Assembly (NCBI RefSeq): GCF_963506605.1
Contig: NC_083281.1
Span: forward strand, 66,278,001 to 66,342,000
Source: Zootoca vivipara
Lineage: Eukaryota
Reading direction: 5' to 3'
DNA: 64,000 nt
In this document: positions 12,081 to 25,187 of the stretch, in pieces
Position numbering within the stretch: position 1 is the stretch's first letter
How the letters are laid out: every line of letters starts with the position of its first letter
Program-made: the position numbers and the translations under genes
The notes under the pieces: model-generated
Told to the model about the DNA's origin: nothing
The model's input: the letters and a program-made list of their open reading frames with translations, nothing else
Databases searched by the model: none

Positions 12081-12239
12081 CTGTAAGGAAATGTAATCCA
12101 CCTAGTTAGGTTTAAAGTGGCATACACAAACCCCTATTCAAAGACTCTCAATTAGAGTACACCGTGAATTTCCCCATAATCTTTTTACTTAAGCAGCTAA
12201 GGATGTTTCTTCCTCACGACCAAAAACGCTTCTGTTTCA

Positions 12240-12340
12240 AGTGTATCTGAAAAAGTGTGCATGCACACGAAAGCTCATACCAAAATAAAAACTTAGTTGG
12301 TCTTTAAGGTGCTACTGAAGGAATTTTTGTTATTTTGTTC
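12240..12340 (+). mobile_element. Penelope-like element terminal (pLTR) fragment
   Basis: CTGAAxAAGTGTGCATGCACACGAAAGCTCATACC-AATAAA-TTAGTTGGTCTTTAAGGTGCTACT is the motif order recalled for reptile Penelope ends. Confidence 0.75.
12243..12280 (+). ncRNA. minimal type-I hammerhead ribozyme motif with core G8 changed to A, probably inactive
   Basis: Stem I GUAU/AUAC. CUGAAAA replaces CUGANGA. Extra A, then stem II GUGUG-CAUG-CACAC, GAAA, palindromic AGCU stem III and a CUC cleavage triplet. Confidence 0.7.
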
Positions 12341-14968
12341 AGAAGCCAGACAGCCTACCTGCAACAAGAAGACACTGACTTGAAAGCCTCTCCCCTTCCA
12401 CATGTGCACAGCCAAAGTGCACTCCAATTTATCTAGAGGAGTTGCCTGTGAATCTCAGGACTGAACCAGCAGGCAGTACAAGTCAAGGCTTTGCAAGAAG
12501 GTTCTTTCTGACATCAGAGAAGCCGAATCAATGTCATCCACACTCAACTCACTTGCAAGAGCAACAGAAATGCACTTTAAATATCAGACAGGCCTTTGCA
12601 AGCTTGTAATAAACCAAAACAGTTAGCTATTTTATTGGCTTTAGGGACTCACTTGGACAGAGTAAAAGACAGGCACGGAAATGGGAGCAGGCATCAAGGC
12701 AGAAGCCAGCAATGAGAACAAGCCATAAATGCAAGTGTGGGGAGGGGGCAGGGCTATGGTTTCTGAAGGCAGGCAATGCAGCAACCTTGATGAAGCTAAG
12801 CAGGTCTGAATCTGGTCAGCGTCTGAAAGGGAGACTGGGAATCCCCATATATGCCACATGGAGTTCTATGATAGAATGAAAGCAGGATATAAATGCAACA
12901 AAGCAAGCATACTCCATAAGGCTAAAGTCAATCTCTTTCCATCACTCAGATACACAGAGAAGCTACCTAGTGGATGAGGCTTTTGATGTAACTGATGCAT
13001 TTGGGGAGGGGTATATTGGGCAATTTAATTTCTGTCCCTGCATATTTTATTTTTAAACAAAGTGCATTTGTTTCAATCTTGTTTGATTTTGGTTTAGACT
13101 GTGTATGTTTCCACTTCAGGTAAAGGGTAGATAAATAAAACTGCTTTCTAGTCCTGCATCAGATAAGTAAAACAGAAGCTTGTCCCTTTGTGCTCTCCTT
13201 TGCTGTTGCAGTCAAAGTTCACACATGTTTGGAGGATGACTTCTGATCATTCCCCCCCCCCCCCAGTTTCTGGTATACATTATATAACATGACCAGATTA
13301 CAGTCCTAAGGGAAGAGATCCAAGGCTTCACTTCTGCTGAAAGACAACTGCGAAAACTGCGAGTTGTGTTCTCAACACCACAGCATTAATGAATGGAATT
13401 TTACCCAGCCACCCTATGACAGCAAAGCAATGGCCATGGGCGGCATTTTGCCAAGTGTGCCTCAAATAAGCTTTCATAAACAAGCTTTTCAGTAGCTGAA
13501 GCATGCAAGCCTGTTTAATTGAACAAAGCTTGCCCACAGAACAATAATGCGCCCCGTCACCAGCTGTGCCCCCAGCAAAGCCTGAATCACAGAAAATAAT
13601 TTAAACTCTCATTTATAACACTCATTTTCTGTTCCTGGTTCAGTTTCTACAGCCGAATGAGGAAAGCATTCTCGTTTACTAAGCTGGCTTGTTTCCCCTT
13701 CTAAAGGCAGGCTCACAACTATAGCCACTAGACCTGGCAATTTTTGCCAAGGAGATCCACATGGGAGCTGTACAACTTATGTAAGGACTCCACACATTCA
13801 GCTGTAGGCCAGCAAGGCAGAAGGCAGCCTTAATCCAACTTGCCCTTTTGCTATGTCCCAGCTTACAACAAACGACTTTACAAAATCAAAATGTACTACA
13901 GGATAACAAGAGTTCACACACAGTGGAAGAGAGAATCACACAGATCCACTCTTACTCATATAGTGCTGTCCATCTCATGTATTGAAATACACTGCTATTA
14001 ACTCCATCTCTTTTTCAACAATTTTGCTAATGAACTACCAGTTATGATGTGCAACTGGGCCAGATAAAAGGAGACTTTGGTGACATAATACATATATGAG
14101 AGTGCTCTGCACACAGCAATGTATTGTTCTCCACTGAGAGGCCCCTGCAGTGAGTGCCTGGGCCCTTACTGCCAGGGGCATGTTTTGCCCTCCTTGAACT
14201 GTGCCCTACATTGTGGCCTGTTGACTTAGTCCCATAGAACTGAATGAGAATCACCCAAGTAAAGCCTATGTGTCATAGTGTCACCCCTTCATTTGCCTAG
14301 TCCTACTCCAGATCCCTTGGGCACAATGCAGTGTGAAAAAGACTGGGCCTAATGACTTTTTAAAAGCATCTTGCTCTAATAAAGACAGCAGGACAAACGG
14401 TTCCCCAAACCTTGAAAAATGGAAGGGAATGTGCATTCTATTAAGCAAGCACATTTGGTTACTTTGCTTCAGGTACCTCTTCTGTTTACACAGGCTTTTT
14501 CTGACCTATAGCTTAACTTTTGGCTATTGTGTATCACTACTGAGATACTGACTAAGTATGTTTACACTGCTTTATGAATGTGTTACTTTCACCACCTAGA
14601 TACTTTGTTTACTGTGCAGTATATTGAGTCTATAAATAAATAACTAGCCTCAAAAGATACTACATATTAACAATTGGCCAATTGCAGCGCTGCACACTTT
14701 CAAGGAGCATTTGAAAACAAATGTCACATAATTCCAGCTGCTCAAAGAATCCCTCTTCAGCTCCTGCACAGAAGAAAACAGGAAAATGCCTCACTTCACT
14801 TGCCACCAAAGTGAATGCAGCATGGAAAATCAGCTAACACATTATTTTATACATTGCTTTTTGGCCTCAATAGAATATTCTAACCAAAAATAAGCGTTGA
14901 TAAGGAACTCCTCTATAAAGCACGAAGTAGTGAATTTCTGAACTGAAACCACACACAAAGAAACATAC

Positions 14969-15174
14969 AATTCTGCCAGGAGAGAGTATTCTAGGTAGAA
15001 AGGTCCGTAGGAGGCATGTGTCCCATTTGTAGACTGCGCTGAAAGGGCGGGTGAAGCAGGCTTGGTCATTGGCACAGCATTTTTGGGAATCGAAGGCAGC
15101 TGCTTTTTTTGAGTGGTGCGTGGAGGACTGTTCTTCAGCTCACCAACCAGAGCCTTTTCTTCTGTTTCAGATCT
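14969..15174 (-). CDS. AKTIP: AKTIP coding exon 2 of 9
   Basis: [68 protein letters not shown](F). Donor TT|GTATGT, 206 nt. Confidence 0.97.
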
Positions 15175-15785
15175 CTGTTAGAAAATGTAAAACATTTGGG
15201 GGGGGGGGTAATTGTTCCAGTTGTATCCAATGGTTAACACTCCAATTCATATTCACTAACACTCCAGTTCGGGTACTGAACTGAAGATATCCTGCCAGTC
15301 CAAACAGTTATGATATATCCAGTTGCTTAGCTGAATTTGGCAATTGTATAAAATTGGCTACTGTCAACTATGGAACTGGCTGAGATCTGGCCACAAGTAA
15401 CGTAACGCACCCAAGTCTGCTTTTAAAATTGTCCACATATATATTTGTCTCACCAAATGATCTGTTTAAACTACTACCCAAAATCTCTTGTAAGCAATGC
15501 CCACTTCTGGAGAAAATGTAATCGGAAAGATCATCCTGAGAAGGCCTGTGATTATAGTTCAACTGAAACATTAAGCTGAGCTTTCTTGCATTCAAGATTG
15601 CTTTCTAATGGATCCCATGATGATAATTTTTAATCCACATCAGGTTTCCGATTAGCATATATTATTTAAAGATCCTTTGGATACTCTTTCAGAGTATAAT
15701 AAAACCCAAGGGGGAGGGGAGAGAGTCATATAGCACACATTTCATCAACTGAAAATGGCCTGCCTTGCAGTCAGCCACACCCCAC

Positions 15786-15827
15786 CTTGCGTGTAGAACT
15801 TGTAGACATGCTCCAGAAAGGGTTCAT
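15786..15827 (-). CDS. AKTIP: AKTIP first coding exon, coding part (exon probably begins at 15903)
   Basis: ATG at 15827-15825, MNPFWSMSTSSTRK, donor AAG|GTGGGG, upstream acceptor TTTGTTTCTAG ending at 15904. The nine exons sum to 882 nt, or 293 aa plus stop. Confidence 0.95.
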
Positions 15828-18084
15828 AACGTGTATTCCGAGTAGAGGGTGGTAAATCTTCTATGCCACCCAAATAGCCAGCTTTCTGGGATTACCTTCT
15901 GCCCTAGAAACAAAAAAAGTGAAGTTACCAATTCAATGTCATATTGTGATTCCACCCAAATATTAAGAGACACCCCAAACATGTTATACAACCTAAACCA
16001 CTTATCAATAGTCCCTCCCAATTCTTTTTCAAGATTGCAGCACAGTTTTGTGGCCAATAAACAGGTTGTTTTACCTGTGCTATTTTACTGGAGCTGAGCA
16101 AGAGGACTAGCATGGCATCTATCTTTGTGAAGCACACGAGAATATTTTGTTCAAAGCGAGTAGGACCTAATCAAGTAACCTCACCTTTGTTTTCACAGAC
16201 ACCACTAATTATGCAACGGCCCTTCCCAGGCTATCCAGATAAAACCCGTATAACCAAGGGCTTTTTAGAGGCTACCATGAGTCAAACCACCGGCAAAGCT
16301 CTTTCAGCAAAGCTCTGGCAGAGAAATGAACTTTTGGTTGTTTTAGTTTTTGTTGTTATGTGTGCAATTTCAGCATTCAAGTTATACAATTTTGCTCAGG
16401 GTCACCCACAGATAGTTCGATTCTCAGATATAGTATGAATTTATTGCACTCAGCTGGGCTTCCACCTTAGGAAACATATTTTCAAACGATTGTTTGGCGA
16501 GATGACAAAAATGTAGGGGCGGAGCACTTGCAAGGGAAGATCAGAGGCCACAGGAACAGGGGGTGCAGCCTGCCCCCCCCAACTTATTTCTGGTTTAAGA
16601 ACATGGAAGGAGGGAGAGGGAGTCAAATGATGTGCAGCAGTCTGGAAAAGCAACACTGGCAGATCAGATGTAGCAGGTGGGGAAGAATTAAAGACCACCC
16701 CCTCTCACAAATGCCCCACATCGCATTATGGTGTGGACTTGGGAACCTCGTGTTTTAATTGCAACATGTAGTTGCACCCACAGGAAAATAAGCAGTAGAG
16801 GCCAAGTAACATTTTTATTGTCAGTGGGAACAACTCATGAATCATTAAATAAAACTTCTCCCTTAAAAGATTATCAAAGTAATCTACTATACTATGACTC
16901 ACTGCAACTCCGGCTTCAAAGAAACAATAAAAGACATGAGTGTCACCTTATTGTACATCTCTTTCTAGTCCCATCTAACAAACCCTTGGTTACTTGAAGG
17001 GTTTTAGGACAAATTCATTGCACTCATAAGAAAGTGAGAATGGTGTAGATGTTACCACTCTTCTACCGGTAACTTCCTGCATAGTTAGCATTACGAAAAT
17101 GAGATTTCAGCCGCTGAATATAGCATGTCCTGTCATTGCTGCATGCTACTCTTCTAGTAATCTTCTGTCTCTTTAATTAAGAAGTATACTTAGAAGATAA
17201 ACCTATTACATCAGCACTTGGAGTTAACATTTCCTGTGTCACAGAGCTCACAGAGTGGATGAGGCCTCACATACATTAGCCAATCTTGTTGGAACTGAGT
17301 ATTCTTTATGTTGTTTGAGCAAGTTGGCCCACTGTACTTATTGCTGTTGATACACACTCCGTGATGAACTAAAGTTTTGTGTTGATCAACCATAAACATC
17401 ATGCTTTCAAGACAGTCACCAAACAACAATGGCAATTTCAGATACCCCCTTCTTAAAATATATGCTATCACTTTAGAATCTCCCAGCTGATATGCAAATG
17501 TGTTTGCATCCCATGAAGCCTTTACTGTGGAAAAACTATATTCTTACCACAACAGTTCATACATCTCCCATGAAAACTCCAATATAATTTTGACTTGATC
17601 AGCTAATAGGTGTGGAACCCAGTTTCCCCATTTCCCAGGGGAAGCAGCAGCAGAAGCACAGGGCTAATCCTAATCTATATATCAACACCAATGTGAATTG
17701 TTAAAAATGTAAACGCCAAGTTATTCATAACTGATGGGGCATATATACATGTCAATCCTAAAGTTGATCTATAAACTGAATATGCCTCTACCAGATACAT
17801 TACAGAAGATTTTTGTACGCAAATGCAGAAGAACGAATTCGATCACTTCTCAACAAAATCTTTTTTTGTTTTATAGCCAACTTTTTAAAGGAAATCTTCT
17901 ACAAAAGCAGCTTGCATCAGGTTTAAAATATACATGCAAACCATAAAAAGCTACTTAAAATGCACAACCAAACATTAACAACAGAATCAATGTGGGCAAA
18001 AGGACCACAATAAAACTATCCACGTTCCAATAAGCAGGTATTCACTCTGATACCATGTTTAAAGCTCTGGAAGTTACACAGGAC

Positions 18085-18700
18085 GTGGTCTCTAGCCTCT
18101 TCAGGAATTGAATTCCATAAGTTTAGGACCACCATTGAAAAAGTCCAGTTCAGAGTTTCTGCCAGCCGGTTTGCCTTCACTAGCAGACACTGAATGTATA
18201 TCTCAATATATGAGCAGCAATGCAGGGCTGTAGGCAGTCCTTCAAGTAACCCAGCCTCGGGTCACTGAGGGCTTTAAAGGTCATAACCAGGACTTTGGAC
18301 TGGGCCCAGAAATACACTGGCAACCAGTGCAACAGATACAAAAATCAGCGTCACATGTTCTGGCCACCTGTCACCCACCCAAAAAGTAGGCAGTCATATT
18401 TGGTACTAGCTGAAGTTTCCAAACTTGAAAGGCAGCCCCACAAAAAGCATGTTAAAGCCACCCAATCTGAATTTAACAAGGGTGGGGATAACTGAGGTGA
18501 GATCATATAAACAAATTTCTTACACACCTTGTCATGCAAGAGCATTCAACACTACAGGATCTTAAGCAGAGTAGAAATGATGGCCATTCCCACACCCTGG
18601 ATGTTTCCAAAATGGCTGAGAGACCAGATCTCCATGTGCTTTTACATTTTGTACATCCTGTTTTATGTGGCTTTATTCAACCACAAAGGCTCTGTGGTTT
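18085..18700 (-). mobile_element. old L2-clade LINE fragment
   Basis: Antisense similarity to the L2 coding tail at 32400-32800 (GGGCTTTAAAGGTCATAACCAG..ACTTTG..TGGGCCCAGAAA...ACTGGCAACCAGTGCA). Confidence 0.65.
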
Positions 18701-18794
18701 ACAATATGACCTTAACTACTTCTCCCTTTCTCAGAGCATTAGAACTCATGGCTATCAAGTGAAACTGAATGTTCAGGCCAGAGAAAATAAACTA

Positions 18795-19120
18795 TGCACG
18801 GTGTGAAGAAGTACTAATTGTGGAACTCATTCCCACAGGTGGCAACGATGGCCACCAACTTGGATGGTTTTAAAAGAGGTTTTGGCAAATTTATAGAGGA
18901 TAAGGCTATCAATGGCTACTAGCCATTATAGCTTTGTTCAACCTCCTCTGTCAGAGACAGTATGCCTCTGAACATCAGTTGCTGGGAATCACAGGTGGGC
19001 AGAGAGCTGTTCTACTCAGGTCCTGCTTGCAGGTTGCCCACAGGCATCAGGCTGGCCACCGTGAGAGCAGGATGCTGGTCTAGATGTCCATTGACCTGAT
19101 CCACCGAGCTCTTCTTATGT
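18795..19120 (+). mobile_element. CR1 LINE 3' end
   Basis: Homologous to 56020-56570 (TGGAACTCATT...GGCTATCAATGGCTACTAGCC...GAGCAGGATGCTGG...CTTCTTATGTT). Confidence 0.82.
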
Positions 19121-20723
19121 TAACTACCATCAGTCCCAGTCAGCACCATTCCCAGTTGACACAAGTTAGCCAAGGGTATAGTTAACTTCGCATTTCTGCA
19201 AAAAGAAGGAGCGCAGCTTAGGGAATAGATTTTGAGCTCAGAGTTTGCAACCTCTGCTAGACCTGTTATAAAAGAGAAATGTCTATAACCTGACTTCAGC
19301 ATCCACTGCTTTTTCTTAGTCCTGGAATAAAGTATACAATACTTCCAAGGGAATCTCAACAAGCCCCAGATATATGAATGCTGCTCTCAAGCTACGGTAT
19401 CATGTTCTATAATATGCAACAAGATAAATTCAGTAATATAGTCAAAGAAGGTTGACAAGCTCTTGAACACCAGCCACTCAACAACTTCCACTTTTATTTC
19501 AAGTGTCCTCTTATAAATTGCAGCCCTTAACTCACTCTTGTATGTTCTTTAGCCTCAATGATTTTGAGGCAAGTTACAAGAACTCAGTTAGGTTCAAGGA
19601 TGGAGCAGATTTAGAATAAAAATATGGGGGGGGGAGGAATTCTCAACCAGTATTTACCAAGAATTTCACAAAACAATCTGTTTTGAAATTTCTCTATACA
19701 GGGTTTAAATCACTACTATCTCTTCAAGAGGCAAAAATTGTTTTGTTTCTGCCACTGGATGATTAAAACATACCAAATGAATATCCAGCTGTATCTTCCT
19801 CCTTAGGTCTATTAATTATCCAACCTGTTATCATCATAGATCTGCACACACACACACCCCAATGCAGCTTTAATTCATATAGCTACCCATGCCATATATG
19901 AACTACAACTAAAGGAACACCGTATGTGTGCTTCCCATGGCACTAGCTTAAGGTTTTAATGCTAAACGAGGGAGTGTGAAGCAGTTCCTGAACAAATAAA
20001 TATGGTTACCCAAAAGCGCATATACTAACATGCTCTTTCTCTGCATGGACCACACAGCAAATTAACTGTGCACATGCTACAGCTGAAGGGCAAACTCTAG
20101 CTAAGGGCACTGTATGTTTCACAGGAGAAGGAAGGGGGACTAACAAGCACATCCAACCATGAAACCCCTTGAATTTTGAACAATGCAGTCAGTATTTGCT
20201 GTTGTAGAGTCTCTCTTCATTTCAGAGGGACTTGAGCAGGGCTCATAATAGATTCCCCCCCCCCAAAAAAATAGCAGATTCTCCAGTGTTTTCCCCTCTT
20301 TGTCGTGTATTCATGAGTCACTTCTTTGTACATTTTAGCAAGTTTTATTCATGACCCACTCTATGGCTCTCCTCTCCTTTCCTTTCCTCTGAGTTTATAT
20401 ATACTCTTTGCAAGCCATCTTCAAAGAGGCATGAGCTCACCTTATGAGCATGCAACATAAAAATAGGCTAGTTGAGAAATAGCAACAGGTTAAACTCGTC
20501 TGCCAGGTCCATTAAAATGCTGTCATACCTCCCCACCCCACGCCTCTTAATAATCTGCTATAGCAACCCTTCTTATATGTCAGATTCTGGACACCTATAT
20601 TTGCCCACCTAATTGATTTGGTTGCAATATGCAAGGGTATGCACCAAGGCAGATGAACTCCGTACTGATGAAGAGAGGAGCACAAATAGGTCAGATGAAA
20701 TGGTGCTGCCTTAACATTTAGTT

Positions 20724-20859
20724 CAGGCATCCCCAAACTTCGGCCCTCCAGATGTTTCGGACTACAATTCCCATCTTCCCTGACCACTGGTCCTGTTAGC
20801 TAGGGATCATGGGAGTTGAAGGCAAAAACATCTGGAGGGCCGCAGTTTGGGGATGCCTG
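20724..20859. mobile_element. hAT (Charlie/Buster group) MITE, young
   Basis: 15-bp TIR CAGGCATCCCCAAAC and perfect 8-bp TSD ATTTAGTT (20716-20723 / 20860-20867). Confidence 0.93.
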
Positions 20860-22203
20860 ATTTAGTTCAACCATTTCACAGGCAGAAAAACCCCAGAGAG
20901 CTGAGGGGAGAAAAGGCGAAGAGTTCAAAATAAGCAAAACAAAAACAAAAAACGGTGGGGTGAGAAAGCTTGCAGTTAAAAAACCACATACTGTACATCT
21001 TTGATAGCAGGCTTAGTGGTAGGGATCTCTCTATTTCAACCCAGACTGTGTTACCAATATACTCATGTGACTTAATTTACTTACTGATTAAGAACATTAG
21101 CTGGAACAAACCAGAGGTCTACCTCATCCAGCACAGCAGCTAGCCAGGTGCTTATGTGAAGCCCCACAGGTGCACCCTTGATCAGCAAGGAAACAACACA
21201 ACCTCCCAAGAGGCATTCACAGAGAATTAGCACAGTACTCTTAGGAACAATAGCTCCTTGTGTAAAAGACAGTCACAGAATGGGTGGCTGCAACAAAGCA
21301 GCACAGAATTTGAAGCTCAAATCTATCTTCACTCACCAGAAGTGAGGTTCTCCAACAAAGGCCACATAAATCCAACAACGTAAGTCCCTAACCCAGCTAA
21401 CTTCCTAGCTTTTCTTCAACATGTTGTCTCTCCATCATTTGGAGAGCATTCCTGTACCCAATCATATTACAACCCAGCATTAAACATAGCCCTTTTCCCT
21501 ACTAACCCCTAAACCAGAAATGAACTCTCCATTTCTCCCTTATGAGTTGACTCTCCTCAGCCTCCAGAAATAACCATTCCCCAGCAATGTTTACACACAA
21601 CCCCTTTACCTCCAATTCCTTCTCCACCTATGCCTCACTGCCTGCCAGAGGCAGAGCTTCCCATCCCCAGAGGGTGACACTACTGTACTTTACTCAGACC
21701 CCTTCTACTCATGAGTCACTCACCCCATTTAACTTCCCAGAACATACAACACCTTTTGGACCAGAACTCCTCTTGCACCTCTTACCCCACCCCTCCACCT
21801 CCATCACCCAGATGGTGGATACCTTCTCTTTTGGCTCGCAAGGAAATCCACTGGTCCATCAAGTGCTCCTCACCAACATCTTTTCCAATTCCACAAAAGA
21901 GGCACCACTCAGGTACATTTGGCTTCAAATGACTAGCCTCTTCTCACCTTCCACATTCTTTCCCTTGCTCTGAATATGTCACCTTTTGTTTTGTGCCAAC
22001 GTCTCATGTCTATAAGCTTTCTTTTGGGGGGGGAGGGAGAGGGAGAAGAGATGTAGGTTTCACCAACTGAAGTTCAAATACTATTATTAATAAGAGAGAC
22101 ATAGTAACAAGAGGTAAAATTAAAAAGTATTGCATCTATTTTAAAAAAAGTTAATTTTCTCTCATTGAGATATAACAATCTTTTTTCACCTTTTACTCTA
22201 GCA

Positions 22204-22339
22204 CAGTGTTTCCCAAACTTGGGTCTCCGGCTGTTTTAGAACTACAGTTCCCATCATCCCTGACCATTGGTGCTGCTGGCTAGGGATGGTGGGAGTTGTA
22301 GTCCAAAAACAGCTGGAGACCCAAGTTTGGGAAACACTG
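22204..22339. mobile_element. hAT MITE
   Basis: Long TIR CAGTGTTTCCCAAACTTGGGTCTCC and perfect TSD CTCTAGCA (22196-22203 / 22340-22347). Confidence 0.93.
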
Positions 22340-22799
22340 CTCTAGCATACCACTTTTAAAAGGCAGGCTGTCGGGATCTTCACAAACACTCACCTGCTTA
22401 CCTTTCTTCCATTGTGTTAATTTTAATCACCAAGCCAGGGAAGCTTCACCTGCTGAGCCACTTGTCAAACGACCAGCCAAGGCTGGTACCCTGAATGGCC
22501 CTGCACCTTTGTACCAGCAGTATGGCAACCAAGTCCTCAACACATGAAGCTTCTTCCCCGCCCCCGCCCCTCACAGGGACAGAGAGATGAAAAAGAGCTT
22601 CACCCACTTTTTAAGAAAAGTGGCTTTGCTCCTGCGAGCCACCAGCCTGTCAAGCAGAAGTTCAGCAGGTGAAGCCTTTGCTCACTTTGTTTTAATTTTT
22701 AGTTACTCCTTTGCCAGAAAAGGAGGAAAAAACGAGGGACTTTGAATTTCTGCTTGTTAAGCTACTAGCTCAAAAGGCACAGGAAAGCTAGCAGAAGTT

Positions 22800-23900
22800 C
22801 AGCGGGTGAACGTCCGTCGCCGCGCCCCCCCCCATCTAATTTCTAATCCCCTCGCTGGCAATATGGGGTGGGGCTGGGGGGGGTGCTCTACCTGCTGTAC
22901 TTCGGCTCGTCATGGTGCCGCTGGCTCAAAGTGCAGGCGCCAGGCCAGGTGAACCGAGAGGCACCACGAAACCATTTCCCTCCTCCCTTATCCAAGGCAA
23001 CAGCCCTGCCAGGTGAGACCCGTCATACCTGCCTCCAGAGCCCCCAAACCTCTTGGGTACCCACCTTCTTTCCCCTCCATCCCCACCCCCGTTCGGCGTC
23101 CCCTCCCCACTCAGCAGACCTTCAGCTTCGAAGGCGGAAACCTCCCGCGCCCGCCACCGCCCTCGAGCGCAGGCCGGGCTGTCAGCTCGAACAAACGCGT
23201 TCCTGAGGGAGGGGGTGATGGGCGGGGGGGGAAGAGAAGTCTGGTCCTCCTCAGCCACCGTCGCAAAGGCCGCACCGGCAGCGCACATGCGCACTCTTCG
23301 CCCTCGCGCCCATCCTTCCACCGACTTCACGGCGGGCGGGCCGCGACGCCAGATAACGCAAGAGCACCCCTCCACGCGCACCCCCTGCCTTCTACCAGCT
23401 CACCGAGATCGGCTCGCCTGCCCCAGCCGCTGCTCCGCCTCCCAGCTTGCACCCATCGGGGCTAGGTACTCATCCTTTTGACCGTGGATTTCCGGCGGAG
23501 GTTGGGCACTCCGATTGGTCCGTACGCGGGCCAATCACAGGACAAAGCCCCTCCCCGCCACCCCGGCAGCCTTTTGTGACTACCATAGTAACGCCTCGAC
23601 GCCCCCTTGTGAGGCGAAGAGGGAAACGTGAAGCCGCCTCGGCCTGTTAACCCGGCGACGCCCAGTGCGTGGATCGTGATTGGACAGTGGACCTGTCCAC
23701 CTCAAGGGGAGGCGGGCAGGAAAAAGAGGTGGGTGCGTTCAGGATTGACGGGCGGGACAGCCAATTAATGAACGCAGATTGGTTGACGGGCGCGGAAGCT
23801 ACCAATGGACAAATGTGCGACGGGAGGAGAAAGGCACTCATAGGTGAGGCAGGAGAGGGTGGGACTAGAGAGTCGTGAGGCGGGGCCTGAAGTGTAGCCA
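22800..23900 (-). promoter_or_regulatory. AKTIP: CpG island and AKTIP promoter, with putative non-coding exon 1
   Basis: The main CpG-dense non-repeat segment of the window. Six CCAAT boxes (23514, 23531, 23679, 23761, 23778, 23802), GC boxes, RFX-like TACCATAGTAAC at 23581-23592, and a candidate exon-1 donor TCG|GTGAGC with exon end at 23404. Confidence 0.85.
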
Positions 23901-25187
23901 AAGGGCTTGGTTCTCCTTCGCTATTCTGTTTTTCAGTACAGATTCAAGCGAATGAAAGCAGCTAATCGGTTGTTATGAACAGTAGCAGTTAATAACAACA
24001 AAATTATCATTAATCATTAATATTTCTAATTAACTATTGCTGATTATATTGCTTGGTGCCTCATTGCTTTTTATTAAAGAATTAACAATATTTGTTGTCT
24101 TTTTTTGCTCTAATTAAAAAATAACGAAGTTAATGTGCTTATTGTCTTTTATTGGTTTTGATTAAGTAAATAAAGAATAACATTGCTTATTGTATTCTAC
24201 TTGTTTTTAAATTAAATAATTAACACTGTTATAGTGGCTGTTGTATTCTATTGTTTTTAACTTACTGCAAACTGATGCTGGAAACAATGATGAAGGCCAG
24301 TATAAAAATCTTGGCAATTAAACAATAAATGCAAAGAGTACTGTATTCATCCTTTCATTATTTTTGATTATGTAGTACCTGGACTCCTAAGGCAAACTAC
24401 CAGAAGAAGGAATTGAGGAAATTCTTTGCTTTTCTCCCTGTTCTGAACTCAGCCAAGTGCTCCACACCAAGAGCTCCCAAATTGTGGGCCATGGACCACA
24501 TGTGGTCCACAAACTTCGTGTAGGTGTGGACCACGAAAAGTCCGCATTAAATATCTGTATTAATTTTTAATTGTATTTTTATTGCTTCTTTTATTTCTTG
24601 TATTTTATTGTATTACACATTGTACTCTGTATGCAAATTGTAGTACAACAAAATACAATATACCATAAGAAAAGTAGCAATAAAAATACAATCAAGAATC
24701 AACAAAGCACACAGAGTGGCTGTGACAACCCACAGGGTATAAATAAAAATTATTACTATTATTATTATTACTACTACTACTACAATAAATGCTACAGCAA
24801 GCAGAAATGTAATTAAGTGGTCCATGGGGGAGTTTTGGGAAACCATTACTCTCAGGGTCCCACAGATTCCACAAGCGAGTCTCACTTATCTTGGATTTTT
24901 CTCCTGTTAGAATTGTGTTTACCTCCTGGCTTCAGCCACCCCGTGTCAGAAAATCTCATTTTACAACCCTTTATTTAAAAATACCCAGTAATGGATTAGT
25001 CCTCAGGTTGCTCACAAAAAATTAAAATAATATATAAAATATCAAAAATAAAATATGAAACAATCAGAGCAGCATACAGAATAAAACTTGTCTCATAATA
25101 AATGGGTAAGTAATAAGCTTATTACTATTTATTTTTAAAAGTTGTTTAAAAGCAGTTTGTGGATAAAAAGGTATTCACCTGGCACTG

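Noticed and set aside
22868-23901. Overlapping 67-151 aa ORFs on both strands
   Set aside because: Expected stop-codon scarcity in a GC-rich CpG island. The products are low-complexity Pro/Arg/Gly with no recognisable domain.
23950-24330. AT-rich quasi-repeat next to the CpG island
   Set aside because: Resembles the low-complexity 3' tails of local LINE remnants, and I could define no stable period.
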